Notes under the pieces: generated by a model
Told to the model about the DNA's origin: nothing
Seen by the model: only the letters and a program-made list of their open reading frames with translations
Database searches by the model: none
Shown: piece by piece, positions 1 through 11,902 of the stretch
Layout of the letters: each line of letters opens with the position of its first letter
Position numbering within the stretch: position 1 is the stretch's first letter
Position numbers and translations under genes: made by a program
DNA from: Macrostomum lignano
Taxonomy: Eukaryota
Length of the DNA: 34,459 nt
Assembly (NCBI GenBank): GCA_002269645.1
Contig: NIVC01004811.1
Location: 1-34,459 of the forward strand
Direction: 5' to 3'

Positions 1-922
1 ATACTAAAGTTGACGCGTTGTTTGTCTGTCTGTCTGTGTGTCTGTCTGTCATTTCGACAACTCCTCCTTGAATAGTGCCAACTCAGCGTTGAAACTTATA
101 TGGGAAGATTGGAAATTATCGAGGTCGGCTATAGGCTATTTTAATCTGAAATTTTAATTTCTAAAATCCTCAAAAAAGCAGAAAACGGCGGTCTTGACCT
201 TTGATAATCTTAATTGTCCCTCTTTCTGCTGGCTGAAAAATTTGCATGAATTTTCAAGTGATTGCGCCACAAACTTTTCCCTACTTCTGCAGTGTATTTT
301 CTCTCCAGTGGGGGGATGGGGCGTTCTAAATGGCTGCTGGTACAATCGGACCCTGGCTCACTGGCTGACTGTATAGACAATTGCGCAAAGATTTGTGTTC
401 TAATTTTCAATAGGCAGCCCTGTGATTTTGTTGAACCTTGAAATTCAATGCATAAACTTGCGGGCCTCTTTAGCAGGCAGTGAACGTACAATCGATATTT
501 CAATGCTTTAAATCAGAAAGTTTCAAACGCAAACTGTTGCTCGAGTTTTAACTTTGAGAGAAAAAATTATATTGCTGGAAAGAACTTGCAAAGCTGATTT
601 CAGGGATATAAATTGTTTGCTTCAAATATGGAAACTAAAAGCTCTGCAAGCAAAACTATTTCCATACTTTAAACTTTCTGCAAAGATTGTACTCATTTTG
701 GCGAGAGGTGAGAGATAAAGTTGGGGTTTCGACTACCAACTGGGCCTGTGTATAGGAAGGGGGTCAGTTGCTTTGTATTGGAGGTTGATTTAGATTGCGC
801 AATGTTTTTGTTAACTTTAACTGAGACTGATACTGACTGACTGTGAAAACGGTTGCGCAATGAATTGATTCAATTAGTTCAATAGTTTATCAGTGCCTTT
901 TAACACGAAGCTGTGCGTAGTT

Positions 923-946
923 CTAACCCTAACCCTAACCCTAACC
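923..946 (+). repeat. (CTAACC)4 telomere-type tract, unit A
   Basis: Directly read; TTAGGG-type on the minus strand. Confidence 0.9.
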
Positions 947-1034
947 AATGAATCCGGAGAGTTGAGTTGTTTGACGGAAAAAATTGATTGAGTCCAGTTT
1001 AGCGGAGACGATTTCAATGTTTTAATTTTGACAA

Positions 1035-1470
1035 GAGGATTTCTGTTTTCGTGGAGAGGATTTCGATGGTGCTCAGTTTCACGGAGAGGATTTTGATGAT
1101 GTTCAGCTTCACGGAGAGGATTTCTGTTTCGCGGAGTTAATTTATGATTGATTTCTGCTTTATGGAGACGATTTTGATAGATTTAAGTTTCAAGGAGAGG
1201 ATTTCGAAGTGTTCAGTTTCACGGAGAGGATTTCGAAGGTGTTCAGTTTCACGGAGAGGATTTCGATGATGTTCAGCTTCACGGAGAGGATTTCTGTTTC
1301 GCGGAGATAATTTATGATTGATTTCTGTTTTATGGAGACGATTTTTGTTATTTTGATGGATTTAAGTTTCAAGGAGAGGATTTCGAAGGAGTCCAGTTTC
1401 ACGGAGAGGATTTCGATGGTTTTCAGTTGCACGGACAGGATTTCTGCTTCGCGGAGAGGATCTTGATGGA
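1035..1470 (+). repeat. 15/30-bp minisatellite (ACGGAGAGGATTTCGATGGTGTTCAGTTTC-like), unit A; equivalents at ~3765-3950, 6125-6415, 8735-9030, 11665-11815, 22975-23265, 25210-25490, 30010-30300, 32225-32515
   Basis: Recurrent GGAGAGGATTTC core with ~30-bp spacing; copy number differs per unit. Confidence 0.85.
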
Positions 1471-1488
1471 TTTGGCATCTTCAATCAG

Positions 1489-2200
1489 TCAGAGAAGAGA
1501 GTAAAGAGAAGAATGAAAAGAGAAGAGAGAAGAGATGATAGAAAACAGAGTATAATTGAGTGGAGAGATTAGACATGACAGATTGGAGATGATAGGATAG
1601 AGAATAGATGAGGGATAAGAGCGTACAGAGGCAATAGAAGAGAGGGGAGAGTAGAGGAGAAAGAAAGAGTGAGATGAGGAGATGAGGGATGAGAGAGGAG
1701 GGGAGAGAGGAGACAGGAGAGAGTACAGACGAAAGACTAGGGAGAAGATATAAATAAGGTAGTAAAGATGAGAGGAGAGAGAGGAGAGAGAAGCGAAAGA
1801 GAAGAGAGAGTGAGGAGAGAGGAGAGAGATGAAAGGAGCAAGGAAAGGAGAAAGAGAGAATGGAGAGAATAGAAAAGAGAGAAGAGAAGAGACAGGGGAT
1901 AGTGAAAAGGAGGAAGAAAGATGGGAGACAAGAAAGAAAGTAGAGTGTGAGAGCGTATATGAGATATCAGAAATGAGAAGCAGATAGGAGAGAAAAGAGA
2001 AGAGAGAGAGGGTTAAGAGAGACGATAGATAAGTAAGGAGAAATGACATATGACAGAGGAGAGAAGAGGGAGAGATAAGAGTGAAGAGAGGAGACAGAAG
2101 ACAGGAGAAGGTACAGACGAAAGACGAGGGAGAAGAGATAAACAAGGGAGCAGGGGTAGAGATGAGATGAGAGAGAGGAGAGAGGAGATATGAGAGACTT
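1489..2200 (+). repeat. GA-rich polypurine low-complexity tract, unit A; equivalents at ~3964-4925, 6437-7140, 9046-9970, 23288-23995, 25503-25815, 30323-31030, 32537-33245
   Basis: Strongly purine-biased + strand; source of the Leu/Ser-rich minus-strand ORFs. Confidence 0.9.
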
Positions 2201-3708
2201 GAGAGTCTTTGAGCTATGGTCTTTGAAAGATTTTGTAAAGAATTTGGAGACGATTTGGAAGATAGGGTTAAAGACATGGAATTTCAGTTGATGGATATTT
2301 CAGGGAATAGAATTCCGGTGATGGGAGTTCTTCCCCTTTCTCCTCCGAAGGAGGAGTTCCACTCGTCTCTATATATACTAAAGTTGACGCGTTGTTTGTC
2401 TGTCTGTATGTCTGTCTGTATGTCTGTCTGTATGTCTGTCTGTCATTTCGACAACTCCTCCTTGAATAGTGCCAACTCAGCGTTGAAACTTATATGGAAG
2501 ATTGGAAATTATCCGAGGTCGGCTATAGGCTATTTTAATTCTGAAATTTTAATTTCTAAGATCCTCAAAAAAGCAGAAAACGGCGGTCTTGACCTTTGAT
2601 AATCTTAATTGTCCCCTCTTTCTGCTTGGAGCTGAAAATTTGCATGAATTTTAAGTGATTGCGCCATAAAATTTTGCTAACTTGGCAGTGTATTTTCTCT
2701 CCAGTGGGGGATAGGAGCGTTCTCAGTGGCGGCGTGTGTACACTTGGACCCTAGCTAACTGGCGGACAGTGAAATTCAATGCATCAATTTGCGAGCCTCT
2801 CTAGCAGGCAGTGAACGTACACTCGATATTTCAATGCTTTAAATCAGAAAGTTTCAAATGCTAACTGTTGCTCGATTTTTGAACTTTGAGAGGAGAGACT
2901 TATATTGCTGGAAAGATCTTGCAACGCTGAGTTCAGGGATATAAGTTGTTTGCTTTAACTGTAAAAATTAAAAGCACAGCATTCAAAAAACGATTTTATT
3001 ACTTTTACTTTTAACTTGCTGCAAAGATTGTACTTATTTTTGCGATAGGTCAGAGATAAATTTGGGGGGTTCAATTGCTAATTGCCACTGCGTAGTGGAA
3101 GGCGTCGGGCGCTGTGTATTGGAGGGTTGATTTAGATTGCGCAATCTTTTTGTTAACTGTAACTGAGACTGATACTGACATACTGTGAAATCAGTTGCGC
3201 CATCAATTTTGTTTTATTATCTGTGCCTTTCAATAGGCTGCCCTGTGTAATAGCCGGCCTGTGTAGTAAATGAATAAACTTGCGAGCCTCTTTGGCAGGC
3301 AGTGAACGTACACGCGACATTTCAATGCTTTAAAACGGGAACTTTCAAACGCTAACTGCTCTTCGAGTTCTAAACTTTAAGAGAAGAGACTTATACTGCT
3401 GAAAAGATCTTGCAACGCTGAGTTCGAGGATATAAAATGTTTCAAAAAACCATTTCCATACTTTTAGCTTTATGCAAAGATTGTACTCATTTTTTTGTTC
3501 AATGCCCCCAAAAGTTTGAGGTTCAATTTCTAACTGCCACTGCGTATTGAAAAGGGGTCGGTCTCTGTGTACTGGAGGGTTGATTTAGATTGCGCAATTT
3601 TTTTGCTAACTTTAACTGAGACTGATACTGACTGACTGTGAAATCGGTTGCGCAATCAATTGATTCAATTGGTTCATTTTTTATTTGAACACGCAGCTGT
3701 GTGTAGCT

Positions 3709-3726
3709 CTAACCCTAACCCTAACC
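3709..3726 (+). repeat. (CTAACC)3, unit B
   Basis: Directly read. Confidence 0.85.
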
Positions 3727-4594
3727 CTTAACAATAACCAATGAATCCTGATATTTATTCTTTTTGACGGAGAAAATTTCGATTGAGTCCAGTTTAAAAG
3801 AAAGAATTTCGATGGTTTTCAGTTTCACGGAGAGGATTTCTGTTTCGCGGAGAGGATTTCGATTCTCTTCAGTTTCACGGAGAGGATTTCGATGGTTTTC
3901 AGTTGCACGGACAGGATTTCTGCTTCGCGGAGAGGATCTTGATTGATTTGGCATCTTCAATCAGTCAGAGAAGAGAATAAAAAGAAGAATGAAAAGAGAA
4001 GAGATATGAGATGGTAGAAAACAGAGTAGAAATGAGTGGAGAGATTAGACATGACAGATTGGAGAGAAGAGGGGATTAAGGCGGGAACGAAGGACAGAAA
4101 AGCGAAGAGGAGAGAGGAGATAAGAGTGGATATATGAGATAGCAAAGGGAGACAAGAGAGATAATAGGAGAAAGAAAGAGTGAGATGAGGGATGAGAGAT
4201 GAGAGAGGAGCGGAGAGAGAAGAGAGAAAAGAGGAGAAAAAAGGGGAGAAAGGAGACAGACGAGAGTAGAGACGAAAGACGAGGGAGAAGATATAAATAA
4301 AGTAGTAGAGATGAGAGGAGAGGGAGGAGAGAGAAGCGAAAGGAAAAGAGCGAGAGGAGAGAGGAGAGAGATGAAAAATCAGAGATGAGAGAGTTAAGAG
4401 AGGGAAGTAGTGAGGAGAGGAGAGATGAGAGATGCGAGGAGAAGAGATGAGTGAGAACATAAGAGAGAAGAGATTAGAGATTAGAAAAGAGAGAAGAGAA
4501 GAGACGGGGGTAGTGGAAAGGAGGAAAGAAAGATGGGAGACAAGAAAGTAGAGTCTGAGACCGTATATGAGATATAAGAAATGAGAGCAGAGAG

Positions 4595-4600
<6 letters not shown>

Positions 4601-4658
<58 letters not shown>
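4601..4658 (+). repeat. (AG)~29 microsatellite
   Basis: Pure AG run; only a few copies long at the same position in other units. Confidence 0.92.
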
Positions 4659-4661
<3 letters not shown>

Positions 4662-5088
4662 TAAGAGAGACGATAGATAAGTGAGTAGAGATGACATATG
4701 AGAGAGAAGAGAGAAGGAGAGATAAGAGAGAAGAGAGGAGACAGGAGACAGAAGTGAAGAATAGAGATGTGATAGAACAGAGAACAGAGGAGACAGGAGG
4801 GGTACAGACGAAAGACGAGGGAGAAGAGATAAATAAGGAAGTAGGGGTAGAGATGAGATGAGAGAGAGGAGAGAGAAGAGAGTCACGATAATAGCGAAGA
4901 GAGGAGAGAGTAGATATGAGAGACGTAAGAGTCTTTGAGCTATGGTCTTTGAAAGGTTTGTAAAGAATTTGGAGACGATTTGGAAGATGGGTTCAAGACA
5001 TGGAATTTCAGTTGATGGATAATTCAGGGAATGGAATTCCGGTGATGGGAGTTCTTCCCCTTTCTCCTCCGAAGGAGGAGTTCCACTC

Positions 5089-7307
5089 TCTCTATATATA
5101 CTAAAGTTGACGCGTTGTTTGTCTGTCTGTATGTCTGTCTGTCTGTCTGTCTGTCATTTCGACAACTCCTCCTTGAATAGTGCCAACTCAGCGTTGAAAC
5201 TTATATGGGAAGATTGGAAATTATCCGAGGTCGGCTATAGGCTATTTTAATTCTGAAATTTTAATTTCTAAGATCCTCAAAAAAGCAGAAAACTTGAATC
5301 TTGACCTTTGATAATCTTAATTGTCCCCTCTTTCTGCTTGGAGCTGAAAAATGCATGAATTTTTAGTGATTGCGCCACAACTTTTCCCTATCTCTGTAGT
5401 GTATTTTCTTTCCAGTGGGGGGTGGGAGCGTTCTCAGTGGCTGCGTGTGTACACTTGGACCCTGGCTCACTGGCTGACTTTATAGATAATTGCGCAATGA
5501 TATGGCTACTGATAAGTTTTCCTGCCTTTCAATGGGCAGTCCTGTGTATTTGTTGGACATTGAAATTCAATGCATCAACTTGCAAGCAGGCAGTGAACGT
5601 ACACTCGATACTTCAATGCTATAAATCAGACAGTTTCAAACGCTAACTGTTCCTCGAGTTTTAAACTTTGAGAGGAGAAACTTATATTGCTGGCAAGATC
5701 TTGCAACGCTGAGTTCGGGGATATAAGTTGTTTGCTTTAAATATGAAAAGAAAAAGCACAGCATTTGAAAAACTATTTCCATACTTTTAACTTTTTGCAA
5801 AGATTGTACTTTAATCTGCAAAGATTGTTGGGGGGAGGGTTCAACTTCTCACTGCTGCTGTGTATTGGAGGGTTGATTTAGATTGCGCAATGTTTTTGTT
5901 AACTTTACCTGAGGCTGATACTGACTGACTGTGAAATCGGTTGCGCAATGAATTGATTCAATTAGTTCAATATTTTTATCTGTGCCTTTTAACACGAAGC
6001 TGTGCGTAGTTCTAACCCTAACCCTAACCCTAACCCTAACCCTAATGAATCTGGCGAGTTGAGTTGTTTGACGGAAAAAATTCGATTAAGTCAAGTTTAG
6101 CGGAGACGATTTCAATGTTTAAATTCTGACGGAGAAGATTTCTGTTTCGTGGAGAGGATTTCGATGATGTTCAGTTTCACGAAAGGATTTCCATGGTGTT
6201 CAGTTTCACGGAGAGGATTTCGATCATGTTCAGCTTCACGGAGAGGCTTTCTGTTTCGCGGAGATAATTTATGATTGATTTCTGTTTTATGGAAACAATT
6301 TTGATGGATTTAAGTTTCAAGGAGAGGATTTCGAAGGAGTCCAGTTTCACTGAGAGGATTTCGATGGTTTTTAGTTGCACAGACAGGATTTTTGCTTCGC
6401 GGAGAGGATCTTGATGGATTTGGCATCTTCAATCAGTCAGAGAAGAGAGTAAAGAGAAGACTGAAAAGAGAAGAGAGAAGAGATGATAGAAAACAGAGTA
6501 TAATTGAGTGGAGAGATTAGACATGACAGATTGGAGATGATAGGAGAGAGAATAGATGAGGGATAAGAGCGTACAGAGGCAATAGAAGAGAGGGGAGAGT
6601 AGAGGAGAAAGAAAGAGTGAGATGAGGAGATGAGGGATGAGAGAGCAGGGGAGAGAGGAGACAGGAGAGAGTACAGACGAAAGACTAGGAGAAGATATAA
6701 ATAAGGTAGTAAAGATGAGAGGAGAGAGAGGAGAGAGAAGCGAAAGGAGAAGAGAGTGAGGAGAGAGGAGAGAGATGAAAGGAGCAAGGAAAGGAGAAAA
6801 GAGAGAATGGAGAGAATAGAAAAGAGAGAAGAGAAGAGACAGGGGATAGTGAAAAGGAGGAAGAAAGATGGGAGACAAGAAAGTAGTGTCAGAGCGTATA
6901 TGAAATATGAGAAATGAGAGCAGAGAGAAGAGAAAAGAGAAGAGAGAGAGAGGGTTAAGAGAGACGATAGATAAGTGAGTAGAGATGACATATGAGAGAG
7001 GAGAGAAGAGGGAGAGATAAGAGTGAAGAGAGGAGACAGAAGACAGGAGAAGGTACAGACGAAAGACGAGGGAGAAGAGATAAATAAGGGAGCAGGGGTA
7101 GAGATGAGATGAGAGAGAGGAGAGAGGAGATATGAGAGACTTGAGAGTCTTTGAGCTATGGTCTTTGAAAGATTTTGTAAAGAATTTGGAGACGATTTGG
7201 AAGATAGGGTTAAAGACATGGAATTTCAGTTGATGGATATTTCAGGGAATAGAATTCCGGTGATGGGAGTTCTTCCCCTTTCTCCTCCGAAGGAGGAGTT
7301 CCACTCG
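5089..7307 (+). mobile_element. Non-autonomous Helitron unit C
   Basis: Same head; hairpin 7282-7298 + TTCCACTCG; near-duplicate of unit K (2219 vs 2216 bp). Confidence 0.82.
6012..6045 (+). repeat. (CTAACC)5+, unit C
   Basis: Directly read. Confidence 0.9.
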
Positions 7308-7698
7308 CTATATACTAAAGTTGATGCGATGTTTGTGTGTTGTTGTCTGTTGCATAACTCCTCCTAGAATACTTGCAACTCAGCGTTGAAACTTATATGG
7401 AAAACTGCAAATTTTCCGAGGATGGCTTTAGGCTATTTTAATCTTTCATTTTTACATTTTAAGATCCCTAAAAAAGCAGAAAACGGCGGTTTTGACCTTT
7501 GATAATCTTATTTGTCCCCTCTTTCTGCTTGGAGCTGAAAAATGCACGAATTTTTAGTGATTGCGCCACAACTTTTCCCTATCTCTGTAGTGTATTTTCT
7601 TTCCAGTGGGGGTGGGAGCGTTCTCAGTGGCTGCGTGTGTACACTTGGACCCTGGCTTACTGGCTGACTGTATAGATAATTGCGCAATGATATGGCTA
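7308..7698 (+). mobile_element. 3'-truncated Helitron head fragment D
   Basis: Head plus ~390 bp of conserved 5' region, stopping at ATATGGCTA where a new TC-starting head begins. Confidence 0.72.
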
Positions 7699-10137
7699 TC
7701 TCTTCTATCTATCCTAATACTAAAACTGACGCGATGTTTGTCTGTCTGTCTGTGTGTCTGTCATTTCGACAACTCCTCCTTGAATAGTGCCAACTCAGCG
7801 TTGAAACTTATATGGGAAGATTGGAAATTATCCGAGGTCGGCTATAGGCTATTTTAATTCTGAAATTTTAATTTCTAAGATCCTCAAAAAAGCAGAAAAC
7901 GGCGGTCTTGACCTTTGATAATCTTAATTGTCCCCTCTTTCTGCTTGGAGCTGAAAATTTGCATGAATTTCAAGTGATTGCGCCACAACTTTTCCCTATC
8001 TCTGCAGTGTATTTTCTCTCCAGTGGGGGGATGGGCGTTCTAAATGGCTGCGTGTGTACACTTGGACCCTGGCTCACTGGCTGACTGTATAGATAATTGC
8101 GCAATGATATGGCTACTGATAAGTTTTCCTGCCTTTCAATGGGCAGCCCTGTGTATTTGTTGGACATTGAAATTCAATGCATCAACTTGCAAGCAGGCAG
8201 TCAACGTACACTCGATACTTCAATGCTATAAATCAGACAGTTTCAAACGCTAACTGTTCCTCGAGTTTTAAACTTTGAGAGGAGAAACTTATATTGCTGG
8301 AAAGATCTTGCAACGCTAAGTTCGGGGATGTAAGTTGTTTGCTTTAAATATGAAAAGAAAAAGCACAGCATTTAAAAAACTATTTCCATACTTTTAACTT
8401 TCTGCAAAAATCGTACTCAGTTTTGCGAGACGTAATAGATAAAGTTGGGGGAGGGTTCAACTTCTCACTGCTGCTGTGTATTGGAGTGTTGATTTAGATT
8501 GCACAATGTTTTTGTTAACTTTAACTGCGACTGATACTGACTGACTGTGAAATCGGTTGCACAATGAATTGATTCAATTAGTTCAATAGTTTATCAGTGC
8601 CTTTTAACACGAAGCTGTGCGTAGTTCTAACCCTAACCCTAACCCTAACCAATGAATCCGGAGAGTTGAGTTGTTTGACGGCAAAAAATTCGATTGAGTC
8701 CAGTTTAGTGGAGACGATTTCAATGTTTTAATTTTGACGGAGAGGATTTCTGTTTCGTGGAGAGGATTTCGATGGTGTTCAGTTTCGTGGAAAGGATTTC
8801 GATGGTTTTCAGTTTCACGGAGAGGATTTCGATGATGTTCAGCTTCACGGAGAGGATTTCTGTTTCGCGGATATAATTTATGATTGATTTATGTTTTATG
8901 GAGACCATTTTGATGGATTTAAGTTTCAAGGAGAGGATTTCGAAGGAGTCCAGTTTCACGGAGAGGATTTCGATGGTTTTCAGTTGCACGGACAGGATTT
9001 CTGCTTCGCGGAGAGGATTTTGATGGATTTGGCATCTTAAATCAGTCAGAGAAGAGAGTAAAGAGAAGAATGAAAAGAGAAGAGATATGAGATGGTAGAA
9101 AACAGAGTAGAAATGAGTGGAGAGATTAGACATGACAGATGGGAGAGAAGAGGGGAGTAAGGCGGGAACGAAGGAGAGAGAAGAGAAGAGGAGAGAGGAG
9201 ATGAAGGAAGAGGATATGAGAGAGGAGACATGAGATAGCAGAGAGGAGACAGGAGAGAGAAGAAAGGAGGGATAAGAGCGTACAGAGGCAATAGGAGAGA
9301 GGAAAGAGAGGAGAGAGGTGAGAGGTGAGAGGAGAGAGATGAAAGATCAGAGATCAGAGATTTAAGAGAAGAAAGTAGTGAGGAGAAAGAAGAGGGTAAA
9401 GATGAGAGTGCAGAGAGGAGAGAAACGAGAGGAGACAGGTGGTAGAAAGGAGTGTAAAAAACAGGAGATAAGAAAGGGGAGGGTGAGAGTGAGAGCATAT
9501 ACGAAAGTGTAAAAGGGGAGCAGAGGAGAGAGAATAGATAAGTGAGTAGAGAAGAGATATGAGAGAGGAGAGATTCGAGATTAGAGAAGAGATGAGGGGA
9601 GATGAGAGGAGAGAAAAGAGAGGAGAGGAGACAGGTGATGCAGTAGAAAGGGAAGAAAGATGGTAGATAACAAAGGAGAGGGTGAGAGCGTATAAGAGAT
9701 ACGAGAAATGAGAGCAGAGAGAAGAGAGAAAGTAGAGCGGAGACAATAGATAAGTAAGTAGAGATGAGATATGAGAGAGGAGAGAAAAGGGGAGAGATAA
9801 GATAGAAGATAGGAGAGTAGACAGGAGAGGGTACAGACGAAAGACGAGGGAGAAGAAATAAATAAGGGAGTAGAGATAAATAAGAGAGTAGGGGTAGAGA
9901 TGAGATGAGAGAGAGGAGAGAGAAGCGAGTCACGAAAATAGCGAAGAGAGGAGAGAGTAGATTTGAGAGACGTAAGAGTCTTTGAGCTATGGTCTTTGAA
10001 AGGTTTGTAAAGAATTTGGAGACGATTTGGAAGATGGGGTTCAAGACATGGAATTTCAGTTGATGGATAATTCAGGGAATGGAATTCCGGTGATGAGAGT
10101 TCTTCCCCTTTCTCCTCCGAAGGAGGAGTTCCACTCG
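7699..10137 (+). mobile_element. Non-autonomous Helitron unit E
   Basis: TCTCTTCTATCTATCCTAATACTAAAAC head; hairpin 10112-10128 + TTCCACTCG. Confidence 0.8.
8627..8650 (+). repeat. (CTAACC)4, unit E
   Basis: Directly read. Confidence 0.9.
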
Positions 10138-11902
10138 TCTTAATACTAAAACTGGTGCGTTGTTTGTCTGTGTGTGTGTGTGTTTGTTGGATATCTCCTC
10201 CTAGAATACTTGCAAGTCAGCGTTGAAACTTATGTGGGAAAACTGCAAATTTTCCGAGGATGGCTTTAGGCTATTTTAATCTTTTATTTTTACATTTTAA
10301 GATCCCTAAAAAAGCAGAAAACGGCAATTCTGACCTTTGATAATCTTAATTGTCCTCTCTTTCCGCTCGGAGCTGAAAATTTGCATGAATTTTGAGTGAT
10401 TACGCAACAACTTTTTCCTATCTCGGCAGTGTATTTTCTCTCCAGTGGGGGGATGGGGGCGTTCTCAGTGGCGGCGTGTGTACACTTGGACCCTGGCTCA
10501 CTGGCTGACTGTATAGATAATTGCGCAATGATTTGGCTACTGATAAGTTTTCTTGCCTCTCAATGGGCAGCCCTGTGTATTTGTTGGACATTGAAATTCA
10601 ATGCATCAGCTAGCAAGCAGGTAGTTAACGTACACTCGATACTTCAATGCTATAAATCAGACAGTTTCAAACGCTAACTGCTCTTCGAGTTCTAAATGTT
10701 AAGAGAAGAGACTTATACTGCTGAATAGATCTTGCAACACTGAGTTCGAGGATATAAATTGTTTGCTTTAAATAGAAAAACTAAAAGCACAGCATCAAAA
10801 AAACTATTTCCAGACTTTTAGCTTTCTGCAAAGATTGTACTCATTTTGGGGTTCAATGGGCGTTCGACCGACCCCCCAACAGTTGGGGGTTCAATTTCTA
10901 ACTGCCACTGCGTAGTGGAAGGGGTCGGGCGCTGTGTACTGGAGGGTTGATTTAGATTGCGCAAACTTTTTGTTAACTTGAACTGAGACTGATACTGACT
11001 GACTGTGAAATCGGTTGCGCCATCAATTTGTTTTATTATCTGTGCCTTTCAATAGGCTGCCCTGTGAAGTTTTGGACATTGAAATTCAATGCATAAACTT
11101 GCGAGCCTCTTTAGCAGGCAGTGAACGTACACTCGATATTTCAATGCTTTAAATCAGAAAGTTTCAAACGCAAACTGTTGCTCGAGTTTCTAACTTTGAT
11201 AGGAGAAACTTATATTGCTGGAAAGATCTTGCAACGCTGAGTTCGGGGATATAATTTGTTATCTTTAAATATGAAAAGAAAAAGCACAGCATTTAAAAAA
11301 ACTATTTCCATGCTTTTAATTTTCTGCAAAAATTGTTCTCAGTTTTGCGAGACGTAATAGATAAAGTTGGGGGGGGAGGGTTCAACTTCTCACTGCTGCT
11401 GTGTATTGGAGGGTTGATTTAGATTGCGCAATGTTTTTGTTAACTTTAACTGAGACTGATACTGACTGACTGAGAAATCGGTTGCGCAATGAATTGATTC
11501 AATTAGTTCAATATTTTTATCAGTGCCTTTTAACACGAAGCTGTGCGTAGTTCTAACCCTAACCCTAACCCTAACCCTAACCAATGAATCTGGAGAGTTG
11601 AGTTGTTTGACGGAAAAAATCGATTGAGTCCAGTTTAGCGGAGACGATTTCAATGTTTTAATTTTGACGGAGAGGATTTCTGTTTGGTGGAGAGGATTTC
11701 TATTTCTCGGAGGGGATTTTGATGAATGTCAGTTTCACGGAGAGGTGTTTGATGGAGTTCTCTTTTACGGAGAAGATTTCGATGATGTTCAGTTTCGCGG
11801 AGAGGAGTTGGATGATGGGATTCAGGGAATGGCATTTCAGGGAATGGAGTACCGGTGATGGGAATTCTTCCCCTTTCTCCTCCAGAGGAGGAGTTGGCCT
11901 CG
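10138..11902 (+). mobile_element. Non-autonomous Helitron unit F (no GA tract; termini closest to the autonomous copy)
   Basis: TCTTAATACTAAAACTGGTGCG head as in unit G; hairpin 11877-11893 (loop AGA) + TTGGCCTCG. Confidence 0.82.
11553..11582 (+). repeat. (CTAACC)5, unit F
   Basis: Directly read. Confidence 0.9.

Larger units (their letters stand above)
1..2365 (+). mobile_element. Non-autonomous Helitron unit A (first few bases outside window)
   Basis: Starts ATACTAAAGTTGACGCG+(GTCT)n; ends hairpin 2340-2356 + TTCCACTCG. Confidence 0.82.
2366..5088 (+). mobile_element. Non-autonomous Helitron unit B (two internal modules, (AG)n expansion)
   Basis: TCTCTATATATACTAAAG head; hairpin 5064-5080 + TTCCACTC. 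Confidence 0.82.

Noticed and set aside
1035-1470. 30-bp repeats as a CRISPR array
   Set aside because: No unique spacers, repeats are degenerate and contiguous, and the context is eukaryotic with no cas genes.
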